Notes: generated by a model not told the origin, from the letters alone. A stretch of DNA of 64,000 bases from Escherichia coli (GCF_050920415.1 NZ_CP169309.1), one strand, 5' to 3'. Counted from the stretch's first letter, positions 32,236 through 44,609 are shown. Program-made: numbers and translations.

Positions 32236-33131
32236 TATTTCCCCCGTTTGGCGCGTGGATGCGCCGCATCGTACACCGAGGCAAGGTGTTGAAAATCAAG
32301 ATGAGTATAGATTTGCGTGGTAGAAAGGTTCGCATGACCCAGCAGCTCCTGCACACCACGAAGATCACCGCTCGACTCCAGCATATGCGTAGCGAACGAG
32401 TGACGTAATTTATGCGGGTGAACGTGATTATTCAGCCCTTGTTTGATGCCCCATTCGGCAAAGCGTTTCTGCACATTACGCGCGGAGATACGCTTGCCCA
32501 GTTTCGACAGAAAAAGCGCGTCGTCTTCGCTACCAAACAGGTCGCGCAAATCAAGCCAGTGCTCAATCCACGCCACAGCGTTGCGACCAATCGGCAGGCG
32601 GCGCTCTTTGCTGCCTTTCCCCATCACCCACACTTCACCGGACTCCAGGTCGAGGTGTTTGATATCAAGCCCCACCAGTTCGGAAAGACGCAGACCCGCG
32701 CCGTACATCACTTCCAGCATTGCCCGATCGCGCACGGCGAGGGGATCGTTGATATCAATATCCAGCAGCCGATTTATATCATCGACGTCGATATTTTTCG
32801 GCAGATGACGCGGCGCTTTCGGTGCCGAAACACCTTTCGCCGGGTTGGCTTTAAGTTCGTTCTGGCTGACCAACCAGTCAAAAAAGCTACGTAGCGCAGA
32901 GAGGCGTAATGCGAGGCTTGCCGCGCCAAGCCCTTTACGGCGACTGCGTACAGCGAAATTGCGCACCATCGCCGCATCACATTGCTGCCAGCTTTGCAGG
33001 CCGTTTTCGCTGGCAAAATTGATGATCGCCTCAAGTTGGCGCTGGTAGTTAAGCAGGGTTATCGGGCTAAGCTGGCGCTCCACGCTCAGATAACGTAGGT
33101 AGCGTTCTACATCGGTGTGTAAATCGGTCAT
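32235..33131 (-). CDS. xerC: XerC tyrosine site-specific recombinase, 298 aa
   Basis: [35 protein letters not shown]...; R-H-R-Y catalytic region. Confidence 0.95.
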   Translation of the reverse strand: MTDLHTDVERYLRYLSVERQLSPITLLNYQRQLEAIINFASENGLQSWQQCDAAMVRNFAVRSRRKGLGAASLALRLSALRSFFDWLVSQNELKANPAKGVSAPKAPRHLPKNIDVDDINRLLDIDINDPLAVRDRAMLEVMYGAGLRLSELVGLDIKHLDLESGEVWVMGKGSKERRLPIGRNAVAWIEHWLDLRDLFGSEDDALFLSKLGKRISARNVQKRFAEWGIKQGLNNHVHPHKLRHSFATHMLESSGDLRGVQELLGHANLSTTQIYTHLDFQHLASVYDAAHPRAKRGK

Positions 33132-33835
33132 ACGCGTTCAATCCAACGCTCCAGAAGCTCCGGCAACATCAGCGCAATTTCATGAAGTAACTGCGTTCCC
33201 TGCCCTTGTTGATAGTGACTGGCATCGCGGCTGGTGAACAGCACGACACCCAAATCAGCATCGCTTCCCAGCATCGACATCGCCACCGATCCCACCGCTT
33301 TCGCTTCCGGTAGCACCACCAGCAGCTCCGGTCCGTTAAGCGGCCCAAGATAGTGCTGTTCCTGCCCCAGACGCTGAATACGCAGCGGTTCGAAAGACTG
33401 ACGGCTTAATGCGAGATGAGTGTAGTTTGACGGCGCACCTAAGCGCCAGCGATCCGGAAACAGGCGCAGACTCGCACCTGCCAGGCCGAGATCGCGCGCC
33501 CAGCGGTGAAAACGCATCAGCATATCGTCGAGACTGCTGGCGGCGGTGAGACTACGCTGCAGGTAAAGTAAGCGATAGAACAAGCCTTCGTTGGCGATAG
33601 CCTGTTCCATCAACAGCGCCATGTTCTCTTCCAGAACATGAATATGATGACGTGCGCGGGCCATGTGCCACTCGACCAACGAAACGGTGCCGCGTACCGG
33701 ATGCGGCACACGTATCGCTTCTACTGCGCGCGCATTGCGGATAAAAAACTCAGGATTTTTAATCAGATAATCGACAACCGCCCGGTCATCTAGCTCCGTG
33801 AGTGTTTCCTGCAGTTCTTCCCCTGGTTGCTTCAT
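33128..33835 (-). CDS. yigA: YigA (DUF484) protein, 235 aa
   Basis: [31 protein letters not shown]...; overlaps xerC start and dapF stop by 4 nt. Confidence 0.9.
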   Translation of the reverse strand: MKQPGEELQETLTELDDRAVVDYLIKNPEFFIRNARAVEAIRVPHPVRGTVSLVEWHMARARHHIHVLEENMALLMEQAIANEGLFYRLLYLQRSLTAASSLDDMLMRFHRWARDLGLAGASLRLFPDRWRLGAPSNYTHLALSRQSFEPLRIQRLGQEQHYLGPLNGPELLVVLPEAKAVGSVAMSMLGSDADLGVVLFTSRDASHYQQGQGTQLLHEIALMLPELLERWIERV

Positions 33836-34656
33836 AGATGAATAAATCCGTCGTAGACATGTACCGCCGGCCCCGTCATATATAAGGGGTGACCCGGACC
33901 TTTCCAGGCGATATCAAGACGACCGCCGGGGAGTTCCACGCGTACTTCTTCGGCCAGCAAACCTTGCTGAATCCCTACCGCCACCGCCGCACACGCGCCG
34001 CTGCCGCAGGCCTGGGTTTCTCCTGCCCCACGCTCATAAACGCGTAAACGAATATGTTCGCGTTTAACCACTTGCATAAAACCGATATTGGCGCGCTCCG
34101 GAAAACGTTCGTGGCTTTCCAGAACAGGACCAAGCGTTTCTACCGCCGCAGTATCGACATCATCAACCTGAATCACGCAGTGCGGATTTCCCATCGACAC
34201 CACGCCGCATAAGATTGTCTGCTCGGCGGCGCGCATAATATAGGTCTTTTCCGCTTTGTTAGCGCGAAATGGCACGGCAGAAGGTTCGAAGTTGGGTTCG
34301 CCCATATTTACGCACACCAGATCGTCATCGGTGACGGTCAGAACCATCCGCCCGTTGGCAGTACTGACGCGGATATCGCGCTTATTGGTCAGCCCTTTCA
34401 GACGCACAAAACGGGCAAAGCAGCGCGCGCCGTTGCCGCACTGCGCTACTTCACTGCCATCAGCATTGAAAATGCGATAGTGAAAATCCAGTTCCGGATC
34501 ATACGGTGGCTCAACCACCAGCAGTTGGTCAAACCCTATCCCCAGGTGCCGATCCGCCAGGCGACGAATCAGTTCTGGTGAAAAAAAGACATTCTGCGTT
34601 ACCGCGTCGACGACCATAAAATCGTTGCCAAGGCCATGCATTTTCGAGAACTGCAT
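33832..34656 (-). CDS. dapF: Diaminopimelate epimerase, 274 aa
   Basis: [25 protein letters not shown]...; start set at second ATG of track frame. Confidence 0.95.
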   Translation of the reverse strand: MQFSKMHGLGNDFMVVDAVTQNVFFSPELIRRLADRHLGIGFDQLLVVEPPYDPELDFHYRIFNADGSEVAQCGNGARCFARFVRLKGLTNKRDIRVSTANGRMVLTVTDDDLVCVNMGEPNFEPSAVPFRANKAEKTYIMRAAEQTILCGVVSMGNPHCVIQVDDVDTAAVETLGPVLESHERFPERANIGFMQVVKREHIRLRVYERGAGETQACGSGACAAVAVGIQQGLLAEEVRVELPGGRLDIAWKGPGHPLYMTGPAVHVYDGFIHL

Positions 34657-34692
34657 CATTTACTCCAATCACGCGGGTACAGAAACTGACTT

Positions 34693-34896
34693 TTAGTAAT
34701 TCACCTGGGATGGACCATCGCCAGTGGCGCGATCGTTTTTATCCGGCACCGTGGATTGCGTTTGCGTCTCTACCGGTTTGGTCGGTGGCGGTGCGTTTTT
34801 ATCTGCAGGCGGGAAATAGAGCGGACCTTTCAGACCGCAGCCCGTCAGGCTGAAGAGAGTAAGTAATACAGTGAGTGCCTTAAACACGTTTTTCAT
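34693..34896 (-). CDS. yifL: YifL small lipoprotein, 67 aa
   Basis: MKNVFKALTVLLTLFSLTGCGLKGPLYFPP... with lipobox LTGC. Confidence 0.85.
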   Translation of the reverse strand: MKNVFKALTVLLTLFSLTGCGLKGPLYFPPADKNAPPPTKPVETQTQSTVPDKNDRATGDGPSQVNY

Positions 34897-35084
34897 TATG
34901 GATTGCCTGTAAAGTTCATCGCTTTCTGCTTTCTATCATCGCAGGAGAAGACGTAAAAGCAAGCGTTTAGCGACTCTTTATGAAGTCTGAAAAATGAGGA
35001 ATTGCTGCGAGTATAACGCTTACACGTGGGGATTTATGTTTTGCTGGTAGTTTCGTGATCGGCACCTCGCGCCAGGATGGCTTT

Positions 35085-37112
35085 ATGCACTATCGCAATG
35101 TGGTTTGTTTGTTGTCTTTTTTAGTTCCGTCAGCGTGGGGATGCTCGCTCGGTGAACCTGATCATAATATTTACCAGAAACAGGGAAAAGGCGTGGTATA
35201 CCTGCGCCCTAATGAAGAGACAAATCTTTCGTTACCGGAAGTAAATTACCAGCGACTGCGTCGTTTACCTGATTTATTCATTGCTCCTGACACCCAGGAC
35301 GATGGGGAAAAAGAACCGCCGTTAAACGACCTTACCACCGATTATATTGATCAGGGCGCATGGGCCTGGTATCCAAATTATGCTTACTTTAGCGATGGCC
35401 GTTTTGTCATTTATGCGGGCAAGATTGTACAAAATCCATCTGGTTATCCACCGGTCGATGTAGCCTCGTTCCATTCATGGGGCGATTTTGCCGTCGATAA
35501 AAACAGCATTTATTACAAAGGCCAACGGACAGATGAAAATGGCGGCAAGCAACGCGTCGATGAAAAAACGCTGCGCAAAGTAGGATTAGGTAGCCGTTGG
35601 ATGCCTGATCGGCTGGGATTGGTGCTACGTGACGCGCATTTTCTTTATATCGATGGGCACCGTTTTGATAACCCAGAGAGTTTTTCCGTGATCGCGCAAA
35701 AATCCTGGGGTCAACAAGGGAAATTCGCTTCAACGTTTTTTCCCTGCATTGCCTACCCCTTTGGCCCGTGGGATATGCTTACCCGCACACGAACAAAGTT
35801 GCTGATCAATGGAGAGCAACTGGATGCCGATCCGGACAATTTTTCTGTCGTTCGCTGGATGCCCGGCACCCTGTTTAGCTGGCGTGATAAACACGGCGAG
35901 CATCGTAAAGTCATTGATCAGGTTCGTTTGGCAAGGAATGAAGATATATCCCGGCAATGTGACAACTTTACGCTGTTAGAAAAAAAGGTGTTCTGGCGCA
36001 AGGGGCCAGATTGTGAGCAGGAAGAATTACCCAGTCTCGACCCGGAGCAGTTTCACCCGATCAGTGACATCGTGGCGCAGTATCAGGACAAGTTGTATGC
36101 AATCAGTAAGACCCCCTTCGGTGAAAATCAGTTGGAGATCATCACCCTGGATAACCCGAATCTGATCATCAATAAACGTTTTAATGCAGGAAGGCATCAT
36201 GGCTATTTACTCACCCGATCAACAAATTGGGACGGACATGAGAAAGACGGTTTACAGGTGTTTGAATCCGTTGGCCCACTGATACTGCTGGACTACCGTG
36301 TGCCGAATGAAGCAGATGCACACCGTGGCAATAACCCGCATTACAAAAAATGGTTTGCTCGCGACGATCGTTACGTTTATGCATTCGATGGTGCGCAGCT
36401 TTGGCGTTACCCTACGCAATATCCCAAAGCGGCACGTATCAAAGCCGCTAAAGACGACTGGCTGAACGTCAGCCTTAGCCAGTTGGACGGTGAGATAATG
36501 AAAGATGGCTCATTTACTCCCACTGGCATCAAGCACACATCCTCTTTAAAACCCGCCAAGGCATACGAAGATGGGGACAATGAATCTTCATTTATCGTAA
36601 ATAAATCGGGAGTAGGCTGGCGAAAAGCGCTTTCACCCGACCTGCAATGGAGTGAGTGGCATTACCTGGAAGGCATTGATCCAAAAAAGTTTCATCTGAT
36701 TACCGAACGTATTGCACAGTACAAAAACCAACTCTACGTCGTCAGGCGCTCGCATTTTGGAGAAGATCGGCTCGAAATCATAGAGTTGGAGTCATCTTTG
36801 CCCATCAAAAATAAACCGATAAATACGGGCAAGGAGCGTCATTACTTTCTGCAAAGTACCCGACAAAAACAGGATGTGCAGGTATTCACCAGCAGCGGTG
36901 CGCTGATAGCAACGGAGCGCTTTGCTTATGACGATAGCTATGTCTACACCTGGATTGACGATCAGCTTTATCGCACACCCTCCCCCTGCCCAGCGAAAAC
37001 ATACGTCAGAGAAAAGAATGTCCGTGAAATTCATAACAGCGACATTATTATTCCGGTGACGGAGGAATCGTGCCGGAACGCAGCAGCAGACGGGCAAACT
37101 TTGAAGCCCTGA
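35085..37112 (+). CDS. Large secreted DKNYY-repeat family protein, 675 aa from ATG (685 from upstream GTG)
   Basis: Signal peptide MHYRNVVCLLSFLVPSAWGC; motif DKNSIYYKGQR; two internally duplicated segments (FHPISDIVAQYQDKLY...FGENQLEIITLD / FHLITERIAQYKNQLY...FGEDRLEIIELE); AGGA 9 nt before ATG 35085. Confidence 0.7.
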   Translation: MHYRNVVCLLSFLVPSAWGCSLGEPDHNIYQKQGKGVVYLRPNEETNLSLPEVNYQRLRRLPDLFIAPDTQDDGEKEPPLNDLTTDYIDQGAWAWYPNYAYFSDGRFVIYAGKIVQNPSGYPPVDVASFHSWGDFAVDKNSIYYKGQRTDENGGKQRVDEKTLRKVGLGSRWMPDRLGLVLRDAHFLYIDGHRFDNPESFSVIAQKSWGQQGKFASTFFPCIAYPFGPWDMLTRTRTKLLINGEQLDADPDNFSVVRWMPGTLFSWRDKHGEHRKVIDQVRLARNEDISRQCDNFTLLEKKVFWRKGPDCEQEELPSLDPEQFHPISDIVAQYQDKLYAISKTPFGENQLEIITLDNPNLIINKRFNAGRHHGYLLTRSTNWDGHEKDGLQVFESVGPLILLDYRVPNEADAHRGNNPHYKKWFARDDRYVYAFDGAQLWRYPTQYPKAARIKAAKDDWLNVSLSQLDGEIMKDGSFTPTGIKHTSSLKPAKAYEDGDNESSFIVNKSGVGWRKALSPDLQWSEWHYLEGIDPKKFHLITERIAQYKNQLYVVRRSHFGEDRLEIIELESSLPIKNKPINTGKERHYFLQSTRQKQDVQVFTSSGALIATERFAYDDSYVYTWIDDQLYRTPSPCPAKTYVREKNVREIHNSDIIIPVTEESCRNAAADGQTLKP

Positions 37113-37159
37113 CACCATGCCGCTATACTGCCGCCATCACTTAAAAACAGGATACAACA

Positions 37160-37480
37160 ATGAACGACAGTGAATTTCATCGCCTGGCTGATCAACTGTG
37201 GCTGACCATTGAAGAGCGTCTGGACGACTGGGATGGCGACAGCGATATCGACTGCGAAATCAACGGCGGTGTGCTGACCATTACCTTTGAAAATGGCAGC
37301 AAAATCATTATCAACCGTCAGGAACCGCTGCACCAGGTTTGGCTGGCAACCAAACAGGGCGGCTACCATTTTGATCTGAAAGGTGACGAATGGATTTGCG
37401 ACCGTAGCGGTGAAACCTTCTGGGATTTGCTGGAACAGGCGGCAACGCAGCAGGCCGGTGAAACAGTCAGTTTCCGCTAA
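37160..37480 (+). CDS. cyaY: CyaY frataxin homologue, 106 aa
   Basis: [43 protein letters not shown]... Confidence 0.95.
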
Positions 37481-37519
37481 GATTGCATGCCGGATAAGCC
37501 TCGCTGTCCGGCACGCTCA

Positions 37520-40066
37520 TCACGAAAAATACTGCTGTAATAGCGGCGTGTCGTGATCCTGATTGGCAGGCGGCATGTTACCGATAGATTTGGTGCGGAA
37601 CGGAATCACCTGTTCACGACCATCAACCTTCACAATCTGATAGAACTGCGGCAGGTTGAAGTTGATGAAGCTTGAGCCGTAGGTAAAACGGTCGTGCGAT
37701 GACGAGTAGAAGCGACTGACGTCACGCACCAGCTCCTCTTTGCTGCCTTCGCAGTGGTGATACACCTCAACCCGGTTGCTTTCGTCGAGAATGTAGATAT
37801 TAAAGCCATTCTCGTCTTGCGTTTCTTCGAAGAAGAACTGGATGATCCCTTCGCTGGCAAAGCCGTCCACCACCGCCGGTAATTTGACGTGATTGGTTTC
37901 AACCTGCACTGACAGGCCGTGCAGTTTGTTATGCGAAATAGCGCCATAAAACTCGATGGCATTTTCCAGTTTCTGTACCGATACATTCAGCCGTTCGAAG
38001 AACAACCCCCAGGTTTGACCAGAAACGCGCAGCGCCTTGAAGCGCCCTGTTTCCTGACGGGTGCTGGACAGACGCAGTTCAATACACTCAGAAACCAGTT
38101 GCTGCACGCGAGTACGGATTAATCCGCGCAGATGCTGGCTGTAGCAGAAGACTTCCACGCTATCTGGCGGTGCGGCGTCCTGATGCATTTTGCCGAGAAT
38201 AGTTTTCAGGGCTTCGATCATCGATTGCTCGCCGTTGAAGTGCAGCGTACGCACTTCGTTCCACGAGTTGCGGTACAGCAGGTCCACGCTACCTACCAGG
38301 CAATTTTGGTTTTCGCCAAAGCTGAAGACGTCCAGCTTACGGAAATCAAAATGCACCACCTGATTGCGGAACGCAGCTGTCGGGTCATATTCCAGGTTAA
38401 CGATAATCGCCAGATGGCGAATTTCACACGGGCTGTAGAGCGCTTTTGGCGTCGGTGCAGGCAGGCGCAGCGGGAAATGGTGCGACACATCGGCGACCAT
38501 CTCCTGCAACTTAGGCAAATCGACAATGCCGTTGCCTTTAATATACAAGCGGGTGCGCGAGGTCAGCAGGCCGTTAAACCATGCCCACGCCACCAGTTTA
38601 TTAAGGTAACGGTTATATTCCAGCGGCTGATGGCTGATGATCGACTCAATATTTGGCGCGCGGTTATACAGATACCAACCTGAACGGTTAGCCCGGCCCG
38701 GCGGCACATAAATAAAGGTCAGATTCGGTTCCGAGAGATCGGGCGAAATCTGCGGGTTTACCAGCGTCACTTTACCTGGCAATGCTTCAAACGCGGCGTA
38801 CAGTTTACGCGTCAGCACGCCGATATCCTGCGGACTGGCAGAGACGCTAAGGTTATTGCGACGCGCAAAGCGGATCAGATTGCGGTAGCTCTGCATCATT
38901 GCATCGAGCAGTTCGTTGTGCGCCTCGCGCACCTGATCAATCTTCCAGTTAGCGCGGTTATCGAGCATTGCCAGACGAGCATCGTCCCATTCCCACTCTT
39001 TCACTAACTGGGTTAGCACTTCACGACGCCAGCCTACACAGGCGCGTTCACGGCTGAGTTTTTCGCACACTTTTAAATAGAAGCAGCGACGCACTAAATC
39101 CAGACGGGTGAAATCTTCAATCGCCGTCAGGTACTCAGTAACACGCTCCAGCATCATGCAGTACGGATCGAGACCAAACGATACAATCTCGCCGTCGTGC
39201 AAACGCTGTTTGATATCTTTCGCCAGCAGACGTGGGTTCGGGTATTCCCAGGAATAGGCTTCCAGCAGTAGTGTTTTCAGCACCGCTTTGTATGGGGAAT
39301 CGATACTCTTATAGAGCTGCCAAAGGCTGGCACCAAAGTACTCTTCGGCAGAAAGTGAGCTTAAGCCGCCGAGATCCAGCCATTCATTAGGAGTAAGCAC
39401 GCCCTGCGCGTAAAGCGTCATCACATAGTCGTCGTAATGCTCTTCTTCGTCACACGGCACCATATTCCACAGAATACGTTTACCGGCGAGACGCACGGCG
39501 GTACGATAAAATTCGTCAAGCAGCAGTATATGCTGGGTGGAGCCACAATCTTCGCCCCCCAGGCTGCCGCTTTCATTATGACGGAAGCGATTTTCATCAA
39601 TCAGGAAGAAGCTAACTTCCACGCCCAGCGAGGCGGCCCAGCTTTCCAGCAGGCTGCATTTACGTTGTAGTAACTGGCGCTCTTCGCTATCAAGCCAGGA
39701 TTGATGACAGACCCAGATATCCAGGTCAGAGGAACAACTTTGCCCTACGGACGAGGTGCTGCCCATGGTGTATACACCAGTAATTGGAAGCTCACCTTTC
39801 GGCGGATCCTGTACTGACATTCCACGATACAGTTCAAGCTCGTTCAGGTAGTGGCGTTGAGTTTCATCAGGCGTGTAAAGGCAAATGCCTTTGGGAACGT
39901 TACCATCAAGGTAGCCCGGCATTAGCGGATGGTGATAGTGCAACAATGTCGGCAGTAGACTGTAGACCTGTTGGAATGCAGGCCCCATAGCAGCAAGCGC
40001 GCGATCCACACGCAATTGATTTATGGCATCCAGTCTCTGTTTCAGAGTCTCAATATAGAGGTACAA
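37520..40066 (-). CDS. cyaA: Adenylate cyclase, 848 aa, TTG start
   Basis: [35 protein letters not shown]...; first codon is TTG as known for cyaA. Confidence 0.95.
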   Translation of the reverse strand: MYLYIETLKQRLDAINQLRVDRALAAMGPAFQQVYSLLPTLLHYHHPLMPGYLDGNVPKGICLYTPDETQRHYLNELELYRGMSVQDPPKGELPITGVYTMGSTSSVGQSCSSDLDIWVCHQSWLDSEERQLLQRKCSLLESWAASLGVEVSFFLIDENRFRHNESGSLGGEDCGSTQHILLLDEFYRTAVRLAGKRILWNMVPCDEEEHYDDYVMTLYAQGVLTPNEWLDLGGLSSLSAEEYFGASLWQLYKSIDSPYKAVLKTLLLEAYSWEYPNPRLLAKDIKQRLHDGEIVSFGLDPYCMMLERVTEYLTAIEDFTRLDLVRRCFYLKVCEKLSRERACVGWRREVLTQLVKEWEWDDARLAMLDNRANWKIDQVREAHNELLDAMMQSYRNLIRFARRNNLSVSASPQDIGVLTRKLYAAFEALPGKVTLVNPQISPDLSEPNLTFIYVPPGRANRSGWYLYNRAPNIESIISHQPLEYNRYLNKLVAWAWFNGLLTSRTRLYIKGNGIVDLPKLQEMVADVSHHFPLRLPAPTPKALYSPCEIRHLAIIVNLEYDPTAAFRNQVVHFDFRKLDVFSFGENQNCLVGSVDLLYRNSWNEVRTLHFNGEQSMIEALKTILGKMHQDAAPPDSVEVFCYSQHLRGLIRTRVQQLVSECIELRLSSTRQETGRFKALRVSGQTWGLFFERLNVSVQKLENAIEFYGAISHNKLHGLSVQVETNHVKLPAVVDGFASEGIIQFFFEETQDENGFNIYILDESNRVEVYHHCEGSKEELVRDVSRFYSSSHDRFTYGSSFINFNLPQFYQIVKVDGREQVIPFRTKSIGNMPPANQDHDTPLLQQYFS

Positions 40067-40452
40067 GACGTATCGCCTGATTTGCTACCCGTCATGACTG
40101 TGATTCCGCCAACATCAACGGTAACACGCGGCATTCGGGATATTTCGTATGTCAAAGGTAACCGTTACCACTTTTCGCGCCTGGTTTTTTTAGTTTCACG
40201 ACGAAAAAATGGTCTAAAACGTGATCAATTTAACACCTTGCTGATTGACCGTAAAGAAAGATGCGCTACATACAAGTGTAGCACCGTTTATTCTCTGTAA
40301 ATTCCTTATTACGACGGCGTGAAACGCCTGTCAGGATCCACTGCCAGACCTCATTTTTCGGTTTGCGCAGGCGTCTACGTTTCACCACAACACTGACATC
40401 GCTCTGGCAAGGATGTTAGGATGGACCACGGATGATAATGACGGTAACAAGC

Positions 40453-41394
40453 ATGTTAGACAATGTTTTAAGAATTGCCACACGCCAAAGCCCACTTGCA
40501 CTCTGGCAGGCACACTATGTCAAAGACAAGTTGATGGCGAGCCATCCGGGCCTGGTCGTTGAACTGGTACCGATGGTGACGCGCGGCGATGTGATTCTTG
40601 ATACGCCGCTGGCGAAAGTAGGCGGAAAAGGCTTATTTGTAAAAGAGCTGGAAGTCGCGCTCCTGGAGAATCGCGCCGATATCGCCGTACATTCAATGAA
40701 AGATGTGCCGGTTGAATTCCCGCAAGGTCTGGGGCTGGTCACTATTTGCGAGCGTGAAGATCCTCGCGATGCATTTGTGTCCAATAACTATGACAGTCTG
40801 GATGCGTTACCGGCAGGCAGTATCGTCGGGACGTCCAGTTTACGTCGCCAGTGCCAACTGGCTGAACGCCGCCCGGATCTGATTATCCGCTCCCTGCGCG
40901 GCAACGTCGGCACTCGCCTGAGCAAACTGGATAACGGCGAATACGATGCCATCATTCTTGCCGTAGCCGGACTAAAACGTTTAGGTCTGGAGTCACGCAT
41001 TCGCGCCGCGTTGCCACCCGAGATTTCTCTTCCGGCGGTAGGACAAGGTGCGGTCGGTATTGAATGCCGCCTTAATGATACTCGCACTCGCGAGCTGCTT
41101 GCCGCGCTGAATCACCACGAAACTGCACTGCGTGTTACCGCCGAACGCGCCATGAATACCCGTCTCGAAGGCGGATGTCAGGTGCCAATTGGTAGCTACG
41201 CCGAGCTTATTGATGGCGAAATCTGGCTGCGTGCGCTGGTCGGCGCGCCGGACGGTTCGCAGATTATTCGCGGTGAACGCCGCGGTGCGCCGCAAGATGC
41301 CGAACAAATGGGGATTTCGCTGGCAGAAGAGCTACTGAATAACGGCGCGCGCGAGATCCTTGCTGAAGTCTATAACGGAGACGCCCCGGCATGA
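40453..41394 (+). CDS. hemC: Porphobilinogen deaminase, 313 aa
   Basis: Track frame 40432..41394; start set at [27 protein letters not shown]... Confidence 0.9.
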   Translation: MLDNVLRIATRQSPLALWQAHYVKDKLMASHPGLVVELVPMVTRGDVILDTPLAKVGGKGLFVKELEVALLENRADIAVHSMKDVPVEFPQGLGLVTICEREDPRDAFVSNNYDSLDALPAGSIVGTSSLRRQCQLAERRPDLIIRSLRGNVGTRLSKLDNGEYDAIILAVAGLKRLGLESRIRAALPPEISLPAVGQGAVGIECRLNDTRTRELLAALNHHETALRVTAERAMNTRLEGGCQVPIGSYAELIDGEIWLRALVGAPDGSQIIRGERRGAPQDAEQMGISLAEELLNNGAREILAEVYNGDAPA

Positions 41395-42131
41395 GTATCC
41401 TGGTCACCCGCCCGTCTCCCGCAGGAGAAGAGTTAGTGAGCCGTCTGCGCACACTGGGGCAGGTGGCCTGGCATTTTCCGCTGATTGAGTTTTCTCCGGG
41501 TCGACAATTACCGCAACTTGCTGATCAACTGGCAGCGCTGGGAGAGAGCGATCTGTTGTTTACCCTCTCGCAACACGCGGTTGCTTTTGCCCAATCACAG
41601 CTGCATCAGCAAGATCGTAAATGGCCCCAACTACCTGATTATTTCGCCATTGGACGCACCACCGCGCTGGCACTACATACCGTAAGCGGACAGAAGATTC
41701 TCTACCCGCAGGATCGGGAAATCAGCGAAGTCTTGCTACAATTACCTGAATTACAAAATATTGCGGGCAAACGTGCGCTGATATTACGTGGCAATGGCGG
41801 TCGTGAGCTAATTGGGGATACCCTGACGGCGCGCGGCGCTGAAGTCACTTTTTGTGAATGTTATCAACGATGCGCAATCCATTACGATGGTGCAGAAGAA
41901 GCGATGCGCTGGCAATCCCGCGAGGTGACGACAGTCGTTGTTACCAGCGGTGAAATGTTACAGCAACTCTGGTCGCTGATCCCACAATGGTATCGTGAGC
42001 ACTGGTTACTACGCTGTCGACTTTTAGTCGTCAGTGAGCGTCTGGCGAAACTCGCCCGGGAACTGGGCTGGCAAGACATTAAGGTCGCCGATAACGCTGA
42101 CAACGATGCGCTTTTACGGGCATTACAATAA
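41391..42131 (+). CDS. hemD: Uroporphyrinogen-III synthase, 246 aa
   Basis: [34 protein letters not shown]...; overlaps hemC stop. Confidence 0.95.
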   Translation: MSILVTRPSPAGEELVSRLRTLGQVAWHFPLIEFSPGRQLPQLADQLAALGESDLLFTLSQHAVAFAQSQLHQQDRKWPQLPDYFAIGRTTALALHTVSGQKILYPQDREISEVLLQLPELQNIAGKRALILRGNGGRELIGDTLTARGAEVTFCECYQRCAIHYDGAEEAMRWQSREVTTVVVTSGEMLQQLWSLIPQWYREHWLLRCRLLVVSERLAKLARELGWQDIKVADNADNDALLRALQ

Positions 42132-42152
42132 CTCTCATAACAGGAAGCCATA

Positions 42153-43361
42153 ATGACGGAACAAGAAAAAACCTCCGCCGTGGTTGAAGAGACCAGGGAG
42201 GCCGTGGACACCACGTCACAACCTGTCGCAACAGAAAAAAAGAGCAAGAACAACACCGCATTGATTCTCAGCGCGGTGGCTATCGCTATTGCTCTGGCGG
42301 CGGGCGTCGGTTTGTATGGCTGGGGTAAACAACAGGCCGTCAATCAGACTGCCACCAGCGATGCCCTGGCTAACCAACTTACGGCACTGCAAAAAGCCCA
42401 GGAGAGCCAAAAAGCCGAGCTGGAAGGCATTATCAAGCAACAAGCTACGCAGCTTGAACAGGCGAATCGTCAGCAAGAAACGCTGGCAAAACAGCTGGAT
42501 GAAGTCCAACAAAAGGTCGCGACTATTTCCGGCAGCGATGCTAAAACCTGGCTGCTGGCTCAGGCTGATTTCCTGGTGAAACTCGCCGGACGGAAGCTGT
42601 GGAGCGATCAGGACGTCACGACCGCTGCAGCGTTGCTGAAAAGTGCAGATGCCAGCCTGGCGGATATGAATGACCCGAGTCTGATTACCGTTCGTCGGGC
42701 AATTACCGATGATATCGCCAGCCTTTCTGCGGTATCGCAGGTGGATTATGACGGCATCATCCTTAAGCTGAATCAGCTTTCTAATCAGGTAGATAACCTG
42801 CGTCTGGCCGATAATGACAGCGATGGTTCACCAATGGATTCCGACGGTGAAGAGCTTTCCAGTTCCCTCAGCGAATGGCGTATCAATCTACAAAAAAGCT
42901 GGCAGAACTTTATGGACAACTTCATTACGATTCGCCGTCGTGATGACACCGCCGTACCACTGTTAGCACCGAATCAGGATATCTATCTGCGCGAAAATAT
43001 TCGCTCCCGCCTGCTGGTCGCGGCACAAGCCGTACCGCGTCATCAGGAAGAGACTTATCGCCAGGCGCTGGAGAATGTCTCCACCTGGGTACGTGCTTAC
43101 TACGATACTGATGATGCCACCACCAAAGCGTTCCTCGACGAGGTGGACCAGTTAAGCCAGCAAAATATCTCGATGGATCTCCCGGAAACTCTGCAAAGCC
43201 AGGCGATGCTGGAAAAACTGATGCAGACGCGCGTGCGCAATCTGCTGGCGCAACCAGCAGCAGAGGCTAAACCTGCACCTGCACCTGCACCTGCACCTGC
43301 ACCTGCACCTGCACCTGCACCGCAAGCTGATACTCCGGCAGCCGCGCCGCAAGGAGAATAA
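42153..43361 (+). CDS. hemX: HemX membrane protein, 402 aa
   Basis: [48 protein letters not shown]...; C-terminal (PA)8 tract. Confidence 0.9.
   Translation: MTEQEKTSAVVEETREAVDTTSQPVATEKKSKNNTALILSAVAIAIALAAGVGLYGWGKQQAVNQTATSDALANQLTALQKAQESQKAELEGIIKQQATQLEQANRQQETLAKQLDEVQQKVATISGSDAKTWLLAQADFLVKLAGRKLWSDQDVTTAAALLKSADASLADMNDPSLITVRRAITDDIASLSAVSQVDYDGIILKLNQLSNQVDNLRLADNDSDGSPMDSDGEELSSSLSEWRINLQKSWQNFMDNFITIRRRDDTAVPLLAPNQDIYLRENIRSRLLVAAQAVPRHQEETYRQALENVSTWVRAYYDTDDATTKAFLDEVDQLSQQNISMDLPETLQSQAMLEKLMQTRVRNLLAQPAAEAKPAPAPAPAPAPAPAPAPQADTPAAAPQGE
43272..43319 (+). repeat. Perfect hexanucleotide tandem repeat (CCTGCA)x8 inside hemX, encoding (Pro-Ala)8
   Basis: Counted directly in sequence. 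Confidence 0.85.
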
Positions 43362-43363
43362 CC

Positions 43364-44560
43364 ATGCTAAAAGTGTTATTGCTCTTTGTGTTGCTGATTG
43401 CGGGGATCGTGGTCGGCCCGATGATTGCCGGTCATCAGGGTTACGTGCTGATCCAGACCGATACCTACAATATCGAAACCAGCGTCACGGGCCTGGCGAT
43501 CATTTTGATTCTGGCGATGGTAGTGCTGTTTGCCATTGAGTGGCTACTGCGGCGGATCTTCCGCACAGGCGCACACACCCGTGGGTGGTTTATCGGACGT
43601 AAGCGTCGCCGTGCCCGTAAGCAGACCGAACAGGCGCTGCTGAAACTAGCGGAAGGCGATTATCAGCAAGTTGAAAAGCTGATGGCGAAAAATGCCGATC
43701 ACGCTGAACAACCGGTGGTGAACTATCTGCTGGCTGCCGAAGCCGCGCAACAACGCGGTGATGAAGCACGCGCCAACCAACATCTGGAACGCGCAGCGGA
43801 GCTGGCCGGCAACGACACAATTCCGGTAGAAATCACCCGTGTACGTCTGCAACTGGCCCGTAATGAAAACCATGCAGCACGTCACGGCGTTGATAAGCTG
43901 CTGGAAGTTACGCCACGCCATCCGGAAGTATTACGTCTGGCGGAACAGGCGTATATCCGCACTGGTGCATGGAGTTCGCTGCTGGATATCATCCCATCAA
44001 TGGCAAAAGCCCACGTTGGCGATGAAGAGCATCGTGCAATGCTGGAACAACAGGCATGGATTGGCCTGATGGATCAGGCGCGTGCCGATAACGGTAGCGA
44101 AGGTTTGCGTAACTGGTGGAAAAACCAAAGCCGGAAAACGCGTCATCAGGTGGCGTTACAGGTGGCAATGGCGGAACATCTTATTGAATGTGACGATCAT
44201 GATACTGCCCAGCAAATTATCATCGACGGCCTGAAACGCCAGTATGACGATCGCCTGCTGCTGCCGATCCCGCGTCTGAAAACCAATAACCCGGAACAGC
44301 TGGAAAAAGTGCTGCGCCAACAGATCAAAAACGTGGGCGATCGCCCGTTGTTGTGGAGCACACTGGGTCAGTCGCTGATGAAGCACGGAGAATGGCAGGA
44401 AGCATCGCTCGCCTTCCGCGCAGCGCTGAAACAACGTCCGGACGCCTACGATTACGCATGGCTTGCCGACGCGCTGGACAGACTGCACAAGCCGGAAGAA
44501 GCCGCAGCGATGCGTCGCGATGGCTTGATGTTAACGTTGCAGAACAACCCGCCACAGTAG
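43364..44560 (+). CDS. hemY: HemY TPR-containing membrane protein, 398 aa
   Basis: MLKVLLLFVLLIAGIVVGPMIAGHQGYVLIQTDTYNIETSVTGLAIIL... Confidence 0.95.
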   Translation: MLKVLLLFVLLIAGIVVGPMIAGHQGYVLIQTDTYNIETSVTGLAIILILAMVVLFAIEWLLRRIFRTGAHTRGWFIGRKRRRARKQTEQALLKLAEGDYQQVEKLMAKNADHAEQPVVNYLLAAEAAQQRGDEARANQHLERAAELAGNDTIPVEITRVRLQLARNENHAARHGVDKLLEVTPRHPEVLRLAEQAYIRTGAWSSLLDIIPSMAKAHVGDEEHRAMLEQQAWIGLMDQARADNGSEGLRNWWKNQSRKTRHQVALQVAMAEHLIECDDHDTAQQIIIDGLKRQYDDRLLLPIPRLKTNNPEQLEKVLRQQIKNVGDRPLLWSTLGQSLMKHGEWQEASLAFRAALKQRPDAYDYAWLADALDRLHKPEEAAAMRRDGLMLTLQNNPPQ

Positions 44561-44609
44561 CTCTTTCTCACCCGGAGGCAAGCACCTCCGGGACCTTTCT
44601 GATATATAA

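Noticed and set aside
35055-35084. GTG start at 35055 for the DKNYY-family gene
   Set aside because: ATG at 35085 has a better RBS and gives a sensible signal peptide beginning MHYRNVV; the 10-codon extension adds only polar residues
43272-43319. Short tandem repeat as a CRISPR array
   Set aside because: Six-base unit with no spacers, lying inside the hemX reading frame; no cas genes in the window
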